From NCBI GenBank assembly GCA_951406725.2, contig OX597814.1:57660001-57724000 (forward strand): DNA of 64,000 nucleotides, in the 5' to 3' direction. Both the position numbers and the translations under genes were made by a program. The notes below the pieces were generated by a model. That model ran no database searches and was not told where the DNA came from. It saw only the letters and a program-made list of their open reading frames with translations. This stretch comes from Octopus vulgaris. Its lineage: Eukaryota. Below are positions 41,309 through 53,729 of this stretch, piece by piece (within the stretch, counting starts at the first letter, position 1; each line of letters begins with the position of its first letter).

Positions 41309-41895
41309 GCTAAGCAATTAAGGGTTTAGCAACGAATTGCCTTACCGCACACCGAATTTAGAAATAGCAGTCAAAGAGATTATAGCTATTTCTTCTACTA
41401 AAAGGAGATCTCAGTAAAAACACAGCATTTGAAAGGCAAACACAAACAGGTAAGAGAGAATGAATTAACGGCAATCTATCATACAGTTTTAAGTCACCTA
41501 CGGACGTACGTTTCGAGATCAAGTCTTAGGAAAGCATAAGAATTAGATAATTCTACCTTACCCATACTTCTTCTCTCATCAGCGCAGGATACCAACAATC
41601 ATGAATGATTGTATATTGAATTTTGAGATACTAGAAGGCACCAACTCAACTCAGTATCAGAGCGAGCTAGAAGCCACAGCTAGTATCACCAAATTCAAAG
41701 TGTGAATGAAAGTTTGTGTCACCAGTCCCTTCCCACCCGCGTGTAGCCAAGACAAAGTGCTGTGGTCATTTACTGGGATGAATATGGTTATCAGTAACAA
41801 TGAAGGGTGAAATTAATTAATTTGGAATAATTATCAATTACACTAAGTAGTCTTCGGCATGTAAAAGCCTCATTCGAGGAAAATTTAAGTAATAC
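41308..41895 (-). mobile_element. Hammerhead-bearing non-coding unit between (TA) tracts, apparently permuted
   Basis: The motif AATGAAGGGTGAAATTAA...AGTAGTCTTCGGCA, similar to the one opening the 36048 and 4535 units, lies at the right end (~41797). Hammerhead at 41497-41588. Confidence 0.6.
41497..41588 (-). ncRNA. Intact type I hammerhead ribozyme with long stem II
   Basis: CCUGCG-CUGAUGA-GAGA[..AAGU..AGAAUU/AAUUCU..ACUU..]UCUC-GAAAC-GUAC-GUC^CGUAGG. All core nucleotides present, 6-bp stem I, palindromic stem III. Confidence 0.88.
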
Positions 41896-42264
41896 TATAT
41901 ATATAAATAAATCAGCACTAAATAATGCCTAATACGGTCTTTGCCTTGAAAAATGCAAAGGATATGTCTACTAAATATTAAATATTCACACTGTTACAAT
42001 TCATAAATAATTTGAATGTATAATATCAGATTTAAATAATATTTAATGATTATATGGGTATCTATTTACTTCTGTCATGTGTGTGTGTATACATTTCTAC
42101 GTAATTAACATATTTATATTCATGTATATTTATATTATATGCATATGTAGTCCCAACTGAGAAAAATATCTTTATTACTTATATACACGTAACTAGCAAC
42201 ACCTAAGTACCCACGGTGCATTATATGTATTTGCTAGTTCCGCACACCTACCGGATCAACAATA

Positions 42265-42367
<103 letters not shown>

Positions 42368-43194
42368 GTGTGTGTGTGTGTAAATTATCGTATTGTGTAT
42401 TTATGTATATGTATTATATATCTATATGTACATTTCCAATTAGAAAAATATCTTTATTACTTACATACACGTAACTACCATCAACTAAGTACCCAAAGTG
42501 CATTAGATGCACCTACACGATCGATAATATATGTTGAAATATATATAAGATATATGCATTGCTGATGGAAACTTTCATTAAAAGAAACAACAACAATATC
42601 ATTATGATAAAGACCGGGGCGAGAAGCGGCATTTACATTAAGCTATGATAAAATATATTTTGCTTAATAGTAATTGATATTATTAGAAATAACGACACTA
42701 CTATTGATTTCCGAATGTCTCTATGTTCGTGCATGCGTTTTTATAAACATGTGTGAGTATGCATTCCATTCGCGTGTGTCGGCGCGTGTACGTCTTAATG
42801 CATCTTCTTTTCTCACCAAGGCTGCTTTTTTTTAAATATAAAATAGTAAATCGTTATGATACAGCAACTAAAGCTGCAAAAACAAACTAGTGATTTTATT
42901 TTTATTATCACTCTCACATAATCCATTTTTCACACGTTACTACTCTGATCTATCTTAAAATAAATCCATTCTGAGAATACAAAGGTTGTTGCAACACAGT
43001 TATGCTGATGAAGATATGTAAAAAAACATAAGTGTTAAATTTCAGAAAGCGTACGTTCTGAACAGCCGGTTATAAGTTGTTTGGAAGTGATATACTCTAT
43101 ATCACGCAGGGGCAAATTTTTTCAAGGTGGGCCGCAATACTAATTTTTTTTTGTTAAGTTTACCATACAGTTTATAAAATTTCAGTGACGTTAG

Positions 43195-43392
43195 GTCTAT
43201 CGTCCCTTTTTCCGAACCGCTAAGTTATGGAGACGTAAACACACCAGCATCGGGCTTCTTTCATTTTCTGTCTACCAAATCCGCTCACACGGCATTGGTC
43301 GGCCCGAGGCTATAGTAGAAGACACTTGCCCAAGATGCTACGCAATAGGATTGAACCCGGAACCATGTGGTTGGTAAGCAAGCTACTTACAA
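43195..43392 (-). mobile_element. SINE family B with internal deletion
   Basis: Head and tail segments joined at CCAGCATCGG|GCTTCTTTC without the central microsatellite. Confidence 0.75.
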
Positions 43393-44109
43393 TGATATGT
43401 ATGTATACACACATATACACACACACGCCCGCCCATACACACACATACACACACATACATATACATTTATTAACACATCAAAATAACGGTTTCAGGAAAA
43501 CACCTTCCTAACATAATGGCATATCGGGAGAATTTGTTTCAATCAAGAGAGAATTGAAGAAAAGTACAACCATGGAGGTGCAAAAACTAATTAGGGTTTT
43601 ATTTTCATGTTTTATTTGAAAATACATATTCAAATATAACTACAGTTGTCGCACAAAATTGACAAATTAAGAGATAGACACAAATACAATAATTAATAAT
43701 TACAATAATTAATATTTGCATAAGTAATAAATATAATAATTAATTGTCGCATAATTAATGATTGTCAGGTAGCAATTATTTTGGAGCAGTTGCGTAGGAC
43801 GTAGTTGTTCTGATATCCAAAATAGAGCATAAGATTTATATGGTTTTAGTAAGCTGAAAATAGAGAAGCAAGATGGCAGTAAAACCATGCCATCAAGTCA
43901 CCCTCGTAATCGAAAGTGACTTGATAGTATGCTCTGTGCTTTTGTTAATTGTATCAGGTGCTCATGTAGTAGGCAAGCATCAGGATATGAAAGATATGAC
44001 AGCTAAAATGTGAAATATTGTGTAATGAATGTTCAACAGCTGTACATCTACCCACAAACATACTCACACATACACATACACACATATAAACGCACACGCA
44101 TACATACGT

Positions 44110-44275
44110 GCTGTTAGTGATTTTCCTTCTTTAGACTTTTCCCTTTGTCCTTTCAGACGAAGAGCTAAGCTTGAAACGTCAATAACTCTCTCTTTTCACG
44201 GACCCTCAAACTAATACCTTCTATGTGCACGACCTCTTCTAATGTTATTGTTAATTTTATTGTTTGTTTTATTTG
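44110..44275 (+). mobile_element. Penelope-like terminal repeat fragment with degenerate hammerhead
   Basis: CAGACGA-A-GAGC TAA GCTT-GAAAC-GTC at 44154-44180; similar to the 26597 copy. Confidence 0.5.
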
Positions 44276-44299
44276 AAGGAACTACACACACACACACAG

Positions 44300-44354
<55 letters not shown>

Positions 44355-44400
44355 TATATAAAGAGAGAGATTGTTTGAAATGGAATATAAATTGTATATA

Positions 44401-44482
44401 TAGGAAAAAGGAGGTAATCAGAATTTTAGATGATTCTTTATTAGGAAAAAGGAGGTAATCAGAATTTTAGATAATTCTTTAT
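44401..44482. repeat. 41-bp tandem duplication
   Basis: TAGGAAAAAGGAGGTAATCAGAATTTTAGAT(G/A)ATTCTTTAT occurs twice. Confidence 0.9.
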
Positions 44483-45613
44483 TAATGTTCCGTATCATTT
44501 CTGGAGATTCTCCAGATTCACGTTTTACAGAAAATTACTTTGCTTTTATGCAAATTGGGAAGAAGGTATTTTTTGCTTCATTATCGACAAGCAAATCCCC
44601 CCCCCACGTCCAATGGACGGTGCTGAGTTGTCAAACCAAATTTTCTCAACACAACTAGTCCGAACGTCCCATAGGCCTCCCCTTTGCGAAACACTGATTT
44701 AACCTAAATTTGAGCCATCAGCAAAAGAAGAAATAAAGATAAACTTTTTTTCTATTCCAAAGAAAAACGATTTCCCACGGCTTTATCGATCGCATTCTTA
44801 CCTGGAATCGATTTTTGTAATTTTTTCAAGACATATACACACCCTGATACCGTCGGTATCTACATATCAAATTTGAGCGCAATCGGATGGAGGATGCCCG
44901 AGATCCTAGAAGCCCCCCCCCCACACACACAGAACGGATTTTGTATAAGAGATATGCATGTGTATACAGAAAAAGGAAAAGAGAAAAGAGAAATGAGAAA
45001 AGAAAGAAGGAGAAAGAAAAAAGACAGAAAAAGGACAGAAATGAGAGAAGAAAGCATACCTACACAATACTAGTTAACTTCTTTCATTACTTTCATCACA
45101 AATTTTATAGATATTTTGAACGTTTTTCAACTACTATTCTCTTCAAATTAATGGCGGCGAGCAGGCAGTAAACGCCGTGTGCTGGCAGAATCGATAGCGC
45201 ATCGGAGAAAATGATGGTGGCATTTATTTCTTATGGCTTTTTACATTCTGAGTTCAAGTTAACAGGTGATTGACTTTACCGTTCACCCTTAGGGGTTGAT
45301 AAAATAAGTACCAGTCGAGCACTGGGGTCGATGTAATCGACTAAACTTCGTCCTTTAAACTTCTTGGCCTTATATCAAATTATGAAACCAATATCATTTT
45401 CTCCAAATAAAATACCTCCATTCCATTGGTTTACTCATTACTCGATGTGTAAATTCGTTTCCAGAAATCCCAGTAAATTGCAATAACTAATTGTTGTAGG
45501 TAGCTAAATCAGTTTTGGCATCTAGTTTTGTCCTACATTTCTTAGGCAGAACCATGTAGCGATCAATTTTGGGTACCATACTTTCGGTGTCGATATAATA
45601 AATACGAAATGAA

Positions 45614-45822
45614 GGTGGCGAGCTGACAATCGTTACCACGCGGGACGCAATGCTTAGCGGTATTTTGCTCATCGCTACGTGCTGAGTTCAAATTTCGCCG
45701 AGGTCGACTTTGCCTTTCATCCTTTCGGGGTCGATAAATTAAGTACCAGTGAAACAGTGAGGTCGATGTAATCGACTAGTCCCCTCCCACCATATTTCAG
45801 GCCTTGTGCCTATAGTAGAAAA
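45614..45822 (+). mobile_element. SINE family A with ~21-bp TSD
   Basis: Family A body; ATATAATAAATACGAAATGAA (45593-613) versus ATATAATAAATACTAAATAAA (45823-843). Confidence 0.85.
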
Positions 45823-48754
45823 ATATAATAAATACTAAATAAATACAAGTTTTATTTTAAGTTATTACAATAATTCACGTGAGAGGTATGGTTCAAATAG
45901 CAATTTACATTTATTCACCCGAAGAATCTCGCGTTTGAATCTAGTTGTAGGCGTACACTTGCAGATTTTTGCACAAAGGTACATCGCATAAAAGATTAAT
46001 TTTCATGCAGGTATTCATCTTACGTAATATGAGTAAAAATGCTAAGCCTCTATATTCGGTTTCACAGTCTGCTAGAAAGAGTAGCCAAATGTTTTTTTTT
46101 TAAATAACACTATACGATCTTCAGAGATAAGCCATATCGATTAATGCTGTCAAAGATAAAAAAAAAGTGGAATGATAATAGGTTTGCTTGTTCAGAACTG
46201 ATGTCGAGCTGACCAACAACAACTGCTGCAGCGGCAGGCGTATATGACCAAATAGCTAATTAAATCACCCTCTCTCACGAAACTATTGGTATGGGCTGGC
46301 GCAGTTTATCACAGTAAGCTGCGGATGTTTTGTTAGCTTGCAAAGACTGGCTCACATTTTACCATTGCTTTGTGCTGGACAACAATAAACCACTTCAGTG
46401 TTTTCTTTCTAAGGGGTTTTGATATAAAATGGCATAATAACACCCAGAAGCCGTGTCAGACCTTTTATATTGTAAAGTGGTGCTTTTCAAAATGAATGAC
46501 ATGAATCAGCGACAAATATTTCAGTTGCTCTAACATATTGGCTAGTAAAACATATTTTACTTTATTTATCGTTTTATAATAGCTATTTCCTTCGGCTTTT
46601 TCTGTATTGTTGAAACCTAGAAATTACAAACTACTTTCTTGTCCTTTCTACATTTTAGAATCAATAAATCACACTTAATATGGGAATGTCCTATCAATGA
46701 AAAGTCATTTCAATGCAACTATCTAATAATAAACATGGACAATTTATGGTCAAGGATTAATAACTACATTTTTTATAAGATAGTAAAAATAGTATTAGCT
46801 TGGTATTAACTGATACAAATGGCTGGCTATATTGAATTGCTAATTTTGCATTCAAGTTGCTTTGGAATGCTTCCAGAATCATTACGGTTGACCTTATTGT
46901 TCAAATGTCCTAACATTAATGCTCTGGATACTTGCGTAATTGTATTATTGACTATTTGCTACTTAGGTAAAAGATCACAAATTATTTAGTAGAGGAGAAT
47001 GACATTGTGTGAATTGTATGTCTTCCTCAAGAGCATTAGCAATATATGTGATGAGAAATGTCTTCAACAGGGATTCGAAACTGGTTTGTGGGATAGGCAT
47101 AGCAAATTCTTTTCAATGTCATGAAAACATATTAAGTGTAAATTTGATATGTAGAAAATCAAGCGATTTGTAAGTTGCATTCACACAACTATATTCTATC
47201 TTATGGGTTAGAGAAGATTTCATTTCTGTTACATGTATAACACTTCACAAAATATATAAACGTCACATTATCTTATTTTCGTACAGCTCTAAAATTCTAG
47301 GGTTGGGTCTAAAGTGATCGCCAAAGCGTAAGCTTTCAGTTCTGAACATTACATATTATGCTTATATGTATAACCAGTGGATAAAATGTATCTCTTTGTT
47401 ATGTATAACAGACAGAAGCGGAAAGCAGAGTTGCTCTCCTTTATTTCAAAATGTGACTTAGTCACTCGATAGAATATAGATCGTTAAAATAAATATCGGC
47501 CGGAAGTATTGGGGTCAGTAAGCCCACTAACATTCTTGAACGCAATGCATTATCATTTCTGTTGTCCAACAACTGAAATTAGTAAAATACTAAAAATAAA
47601 TATATTTTCAACATTATACTGAGGAGACGACATTACGATACTATTAATAATTTTGTTGAGCTCAAAAAGCCGACAAAGAAATCGGTATATCAGGAATTGA
47701 GGGACAAAACGAGGCTAAATACTGACTGATGCTCTATCAAGTGAGTCTTAATAATTTTGATGTCACGTTACACTGGAGATAAAAGAAATCATTAGCGTAC
47801 TTCACGTGGAAAGTAAAAAGGGAAAAATTCTATTTTAATGCTATAACTTTTGAATAATATAGAAAACTATTGCTTAGTCTTATTAATTATTACATCTTAT
47901 TAATTATACATATCCTGACATTTAACTACATCCAGCGGTGAGCCTCTAGCTCGGGAGTTCAGCAGTTTGGGGGCGTGTGGAGTAAATTTTGGTTACCATT
48001 ACTCCTAGATCCGCTCCTGTCCGGAGTGTTAGTTCTTGTCAAGGTTCAACTTATGGGACAAACATCAGAGGATGGTCCCTTTGCTAGGGCATACAAAACT
48101 CGCTGGAAGGTTGGTTCGCAGACATGTGTCATACAAGCTCTGATGTATGTGGACATGCCCTAATGTCACAAGTAGCTATTTCTTCTGACTAAGGGTTAAA
48201 TTTGCCTTATGCCTCAAGGGTAAAACTCTTGCAAAGTAAAATGTAAAGAAACCAGCTGAATGCAGCAGGAAGCCATTGCTTTATTTTTACCAAGAAAAAT
48301 CCTAAATCTTCGGACTCTGTAAGGAGGTCCATGATCACCGATGTCTTAGGTGAGCACATGAAAAAGTGTGTCTAGCAAGATTATGAATAACATATTTTCA
48401 TGATGATCAAGCAATTAATATGTATTTTCGAAAACAATAACTTACATTTTTAAAAATCTGAGTACATACCCAGATGCTCTCCTTTGTAAAATTTGGTAAC
48501 TACTACTTTAATATTTCAGTTAATTAGCAGCGCTTTATGATAAAGTTACATACACACTGTGGCCGAGTGGTTAAGAAATAATTTAGTCAGTTACGTGATC
48601 CAGGGTTTGATCCCAAAGCGGGCATCATGGACAAGTATTTTCCCCATAAGTTCGGGAAAACTCAACCTTGTGTGTGAAAGCAGTAGGCATAAAGAAACTG
48701 AATGGGAGCCCATCAGATGGATTGTGCCAATAACTTAAAGCACTAACTTTGTCT

Positions 48755-49143
48755 GCTTGCTAACCAACCACTTGGTTCAGGGTTCAGTCCCACTGCGTGG
48801 CATCTTGGGCAAGTGTCTTCTGCTATAGCCCCGGGCCGACCAATGCCTTGTGAGTGGATTTGGTAGACGGAAACTGAAAGAAGCCTGTCGTATATATGTA
48901 TATATATGTATATGTATTTGTATGTGTTTGTGTGTCTGTGTTTGTACCCCTAGCATTGCTTGACAACCGATGCTGGTGTGTTTACGTCCCCGTCACTTAG
49001 CGGTTTGGCAAAAGAGACCGATAGAATAAGTACTGGGCTTACAAAGAATAAGTCCCGGGGTCGAGTTGCTCGACTAAAGGGAGTGCTCCAGCATGGCCGC
49101 AGTCAAATGACTGAAACATGTAAAAGAGTAAAAGAGTAAGAGT
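48755..49143 (+). mobile_element. SINE family B
   Basis: Matches the 28511 copy; (GTAAAAGA)n tail. Confidence 0.9.
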
Positions 49144-50554
49144 ATCTGTGGAATGTTCATCCATTTAAATATTAATTCAATGAGCTGGATAGTTAGCTGA
49201 GCTGAGTCTACGACTGACTGTTCAGCAGTCTTCAAAGCAGATAAGTGAGGCATCTACTTATTACATACTAAAGGTAACATTAATAATTTTATTATTTTTC
49301 TCCTTTCAAAAGAAATAGTTGTCTTTATATGTACCGTGCAGCTTCGTCTCTCAGACACAGATATATTCAGACATATCGCGAATCACGAAGCGTCCAAACA
49401 TGACCATCTCGTTTTTTATTATAGATATACTGTTCAACACATTATCCAATGTATTTTTCCTTCTTTTTAAGGTCGTGCATTATGATGTGAGCGGTATTTC
49501 GTGCTTTCGTGGTTATTTTCAGCAGGTCGAGCGATCATTTAGCTGCTTTCTCATTGGCTCATCTTATATTTGTTAATGTGCGTCCTTATGTACATACGAT
49601 GACCAATACGAGGAAAACCTTATAAAAAGGCGGAAATAGGCAGGTTTAGTATTGGATTCATATAATATATACATCAAAAATACCTACATACATGCATACA
49701 AATATATGTATGCTCATAAATATCCATAAATACACGCATACGTGTGTATAAATGTGTATATATATTAACTGTATATCTTACTACTTCTTTCTTCTTCTGA
49801 CAGTTTGAACCATTGTAACTTAGGCCATTCTGGAGCAACGCCAGATTAGATGTTTACACAACTATACACAATGACACAGAAAAAAAAAATAATATGCTCG
49901 TATTATATATTAAATAATAAACAATCAAACAAGCCCTTGGAGCGAAATCGAAATTTATATGAACAGAAAAAAAGCACCTTAAAAAACTGTGTATTGAACG
50001 AAAAAAGAATTATTAGCAAATTATGAAAGACTACTTTTGCTTCTGTAGCGGAATCATGTATTGATTGGAAATCTAATACATTACCGTGGGTCGATGCAAA
50101 TAAATATAAAAGGTATTTTGATTAGTCAGAGTAAGCGGCAACATTCACAGAATTCTGTATACAAATGTCTCCTTTGAACACCATCATATATAGGAAACAA
50201 TCGCACAGTGGAAATTATAGGTAAAACATGTAATTGAGTATTAGTTTGATGTAATACATATATTCTTGCATCTAATGCATGCCAAAAGGAATATGTATTT
50301 GAATCATTAAATTATTTCTGATTGTTATAATACATGTTACGTCAAGGGCGCAATTCTTTTTTCATCTGAAGTTCAGGACTAATCTCATTTCTCATTCATC
50401 TTATATCTGCGTACGTGTGTGTGTGTTCGTGTGTGTTTGTATGTCTCTGTGCATGTGTATGTGTGTATATGTATATATGTATGTATGTGTGTATGCGTGT
50501 AATTTGTTAAAACGAGGCTGGTTTGGTTATTCCCTACCTAGACTTCTTTCTGAC

Positions 50555-50800
50555 ATTCATCAACATCATTATCATCATCATCGTCGTCGTCGTGATTATT
50601 ATCATCATCTGTTTCCATCTCTTCCTCCTCACCATTATCACTATGTCGACAAACAGCACCGACATCACCGACAGAATCACCACCACCACCACCAAAACCA
50701 CCACCACCACCAAAACCACCACCACCACCACAACCAACCTCCTGATTATCACTACCACTATCACCGCAATCACCACCAACACTACCACCATCATTACCAT
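50555..50800. repeat. (CAT)/(CGT)/(CAC)n compound trinucleotide repeat
   Basis: Seen directly. Confidence 0.9.
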
Positions 50801-51627
50801 TGTAAGGTAGGTCTACCTTGTTCAATGTATCAATTCGTTTTTAGATGACAATAAAGTGTATTTGAAGGAGAATTGGCTGCGATTTCTAGCAGTATGATCG
50901 ACTGCATAGAGGCATCCCTTGCTTTCAAACGTTAGATTTGCGAAGCAAGGAAATAACCAACATTCATTCAAATGTTGACTTTTGTCTTCATAAAACATTG
51001 TTTTCTGATGAACAAGTACCAACTCCTTTCAAGATAAGTGAAAGAAAATGGTTTCATTTGTAAAATACATTCCAAACCTTTATTTACTTTATTTGAATTT
51101 GTTAAGAACAGAGTTCAAGTTTGACTGCATTTATTAACACTTAAAATAAATAAAATCATTTGAATTTATGATAATTTGGATGAAAATGCTTTAACAAGAT
51201 AGACTCTTCAATTGACTCATAAGCGTAAATTCATTAAGAATTGAAACACGTAACCAATTAAGAGGAACCACTTTCAGCTTCATGACAATTCTCAAAAAAT
51301 CTTAGAAACATACGAATGACAGAGAGAAAAACAACAATATATAGGTATTATATATACAGGGAAAATGTTTAAGAAACGGTGTATTGAATGAAAAAGGAAT
51401 TATTAGCGAATTATAAAAAAGACTAATTTTGTAGAGAAATCGTGCACTGATTAGAAATGCAATACATTAGAAAACATAAGTGTCTGTGACTCTTATATAT
51501 GGCCATCTTCTGTAAAGAATGTGACCCAATGCAAAATTTCAGGTACCTGCGTGAAAAACAGTTCTTTTAGTTTACCATGCGCGCAAACCTATTTATATCA
51601 AATATTAAGATTGTTATGAATTTCTTT

Positions 51628-51817
51628 AGGTTACAGCTATTTCCACTATTAGATGAAGTGGAGGCATAGTTCAATGCCTGAGCAACAGCTTACAGTTTCA
51701 TCAGAGCCTCTGATATATAGTGCAATTCATGTTTGAGGCTCTGAAGAAGCTGTAAAGTGTTATTCTGGCACTCAACTATGAGTCCACCGCATCTTATAGT
51801 GGAAACAGCCGTAAGCT
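51628..51817. ncRNA. Inverted pair of long-stem-II hammerhead motifs
   Basis: Plus arm 51737-51817: GGCU-CUGAAGA-[..]-GAAAC-AGCC-GUA^AGCU. Minus arm 51628-51710: CUGAUGA-[..]-GAAAU-AGCU-GUA. The arms are diverged reverse complements separated by 24 nt. Confidence 0.65.
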
Positions 51818-52494
51818 GATTAAGTTTATAAGAGAATCCTTATTTCTTTGTCATCTCTTTTCTCATTACCTTTCTGTACTCGACTAACGCTTTGTTCAGA
51901 GGCATACGTATATGAAGCTCTACATCAGGTTATTAGTATCGCAATGCCTAAACAAAATACATTAAGAATAAAGTTTAAATGAAGCTAAAATTTATGAATA
52001 TATAGTGCGTGCTAGGGTTGTAGACTTGCTAAAAAGGCTACACACGTGACCGTCGTCCATCTTTCTTTTCCTCACATGATCATCTTTCTTTTACTTCAGT
52101 CTGTCGTACAGACCAGACGCATTCTTATCTGTCTTCTCTTCTATTTTTTTGTCAAAGATAATATTCCTCCAGTGTTCGCTACCTTATCTCGTCTGGCCTA
52201 ACGGCCATCCGTGTTTCTTTTCGTTTGGTTTGTTGTATGTCTCCACAGTCCTGTTTTTGTTACCAGCTTTGATCCACCGCAAATGCCAAATTTTATTTTG
52301 GTTCGCGGGAGCAATTGCCTTTTGAAGCCTCATATGGTCGTTAAATGCTCGAAATGAGGAGTAGATGGACAGCCGACAACTGATGAAGGCTCGTTCTTTA
52401 TGTTACCTATCTTGTTTTCCATTTGTTTGTCACGTCGTTTATTTTCGTATTTCATGTTGTTTACGTTTTGTGACATCCTGTACCCATACATGCA

Positions 52495-53406
<912 letters not shown>

Positions 53407-53729
53407 TGGATTAACTGTTGAACTGGACGGACGTCTATTTGTTTCTCTCCCGAGTCAGTAGCAAGCTACACAGCTTCAAAACTAACTGACCTTAAATATA
53501 TATATATTTGTAACCACGTGTTTGCCTACAAACCCGTAAGTACGTTTTCATTTAACTACAAATTGTTATATACACCTGTTTTTCTTTTAATATCCTCAAA
53601 CAACCAAATAATCAAAAACTCACACCCTTAAGAGAGAACATTTATATATATATACACTTCTTTAACTCCCAAGAAAGAATATATATATTTTCAAAAATCA
53701 AAAGGAAAACAAACAAAAGAAAAACAAAC

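Noticed and set aside
44587-44953. Helitron/Helentron-like non-autonomous element
   Set aside because: The 3' end resembles such elements, but termini and hairpin could not be established.
50417-50848. His-, Thr- or Gly-rich ORFs
   Set aside because: Artefacts of a compound trinucleotide repeat that is open in several frames.
52330-52400. GAAA...GTA...CTGATGA as a type II hammerhead
   Set aside because: No convincing stems I-III could be formed by eye.
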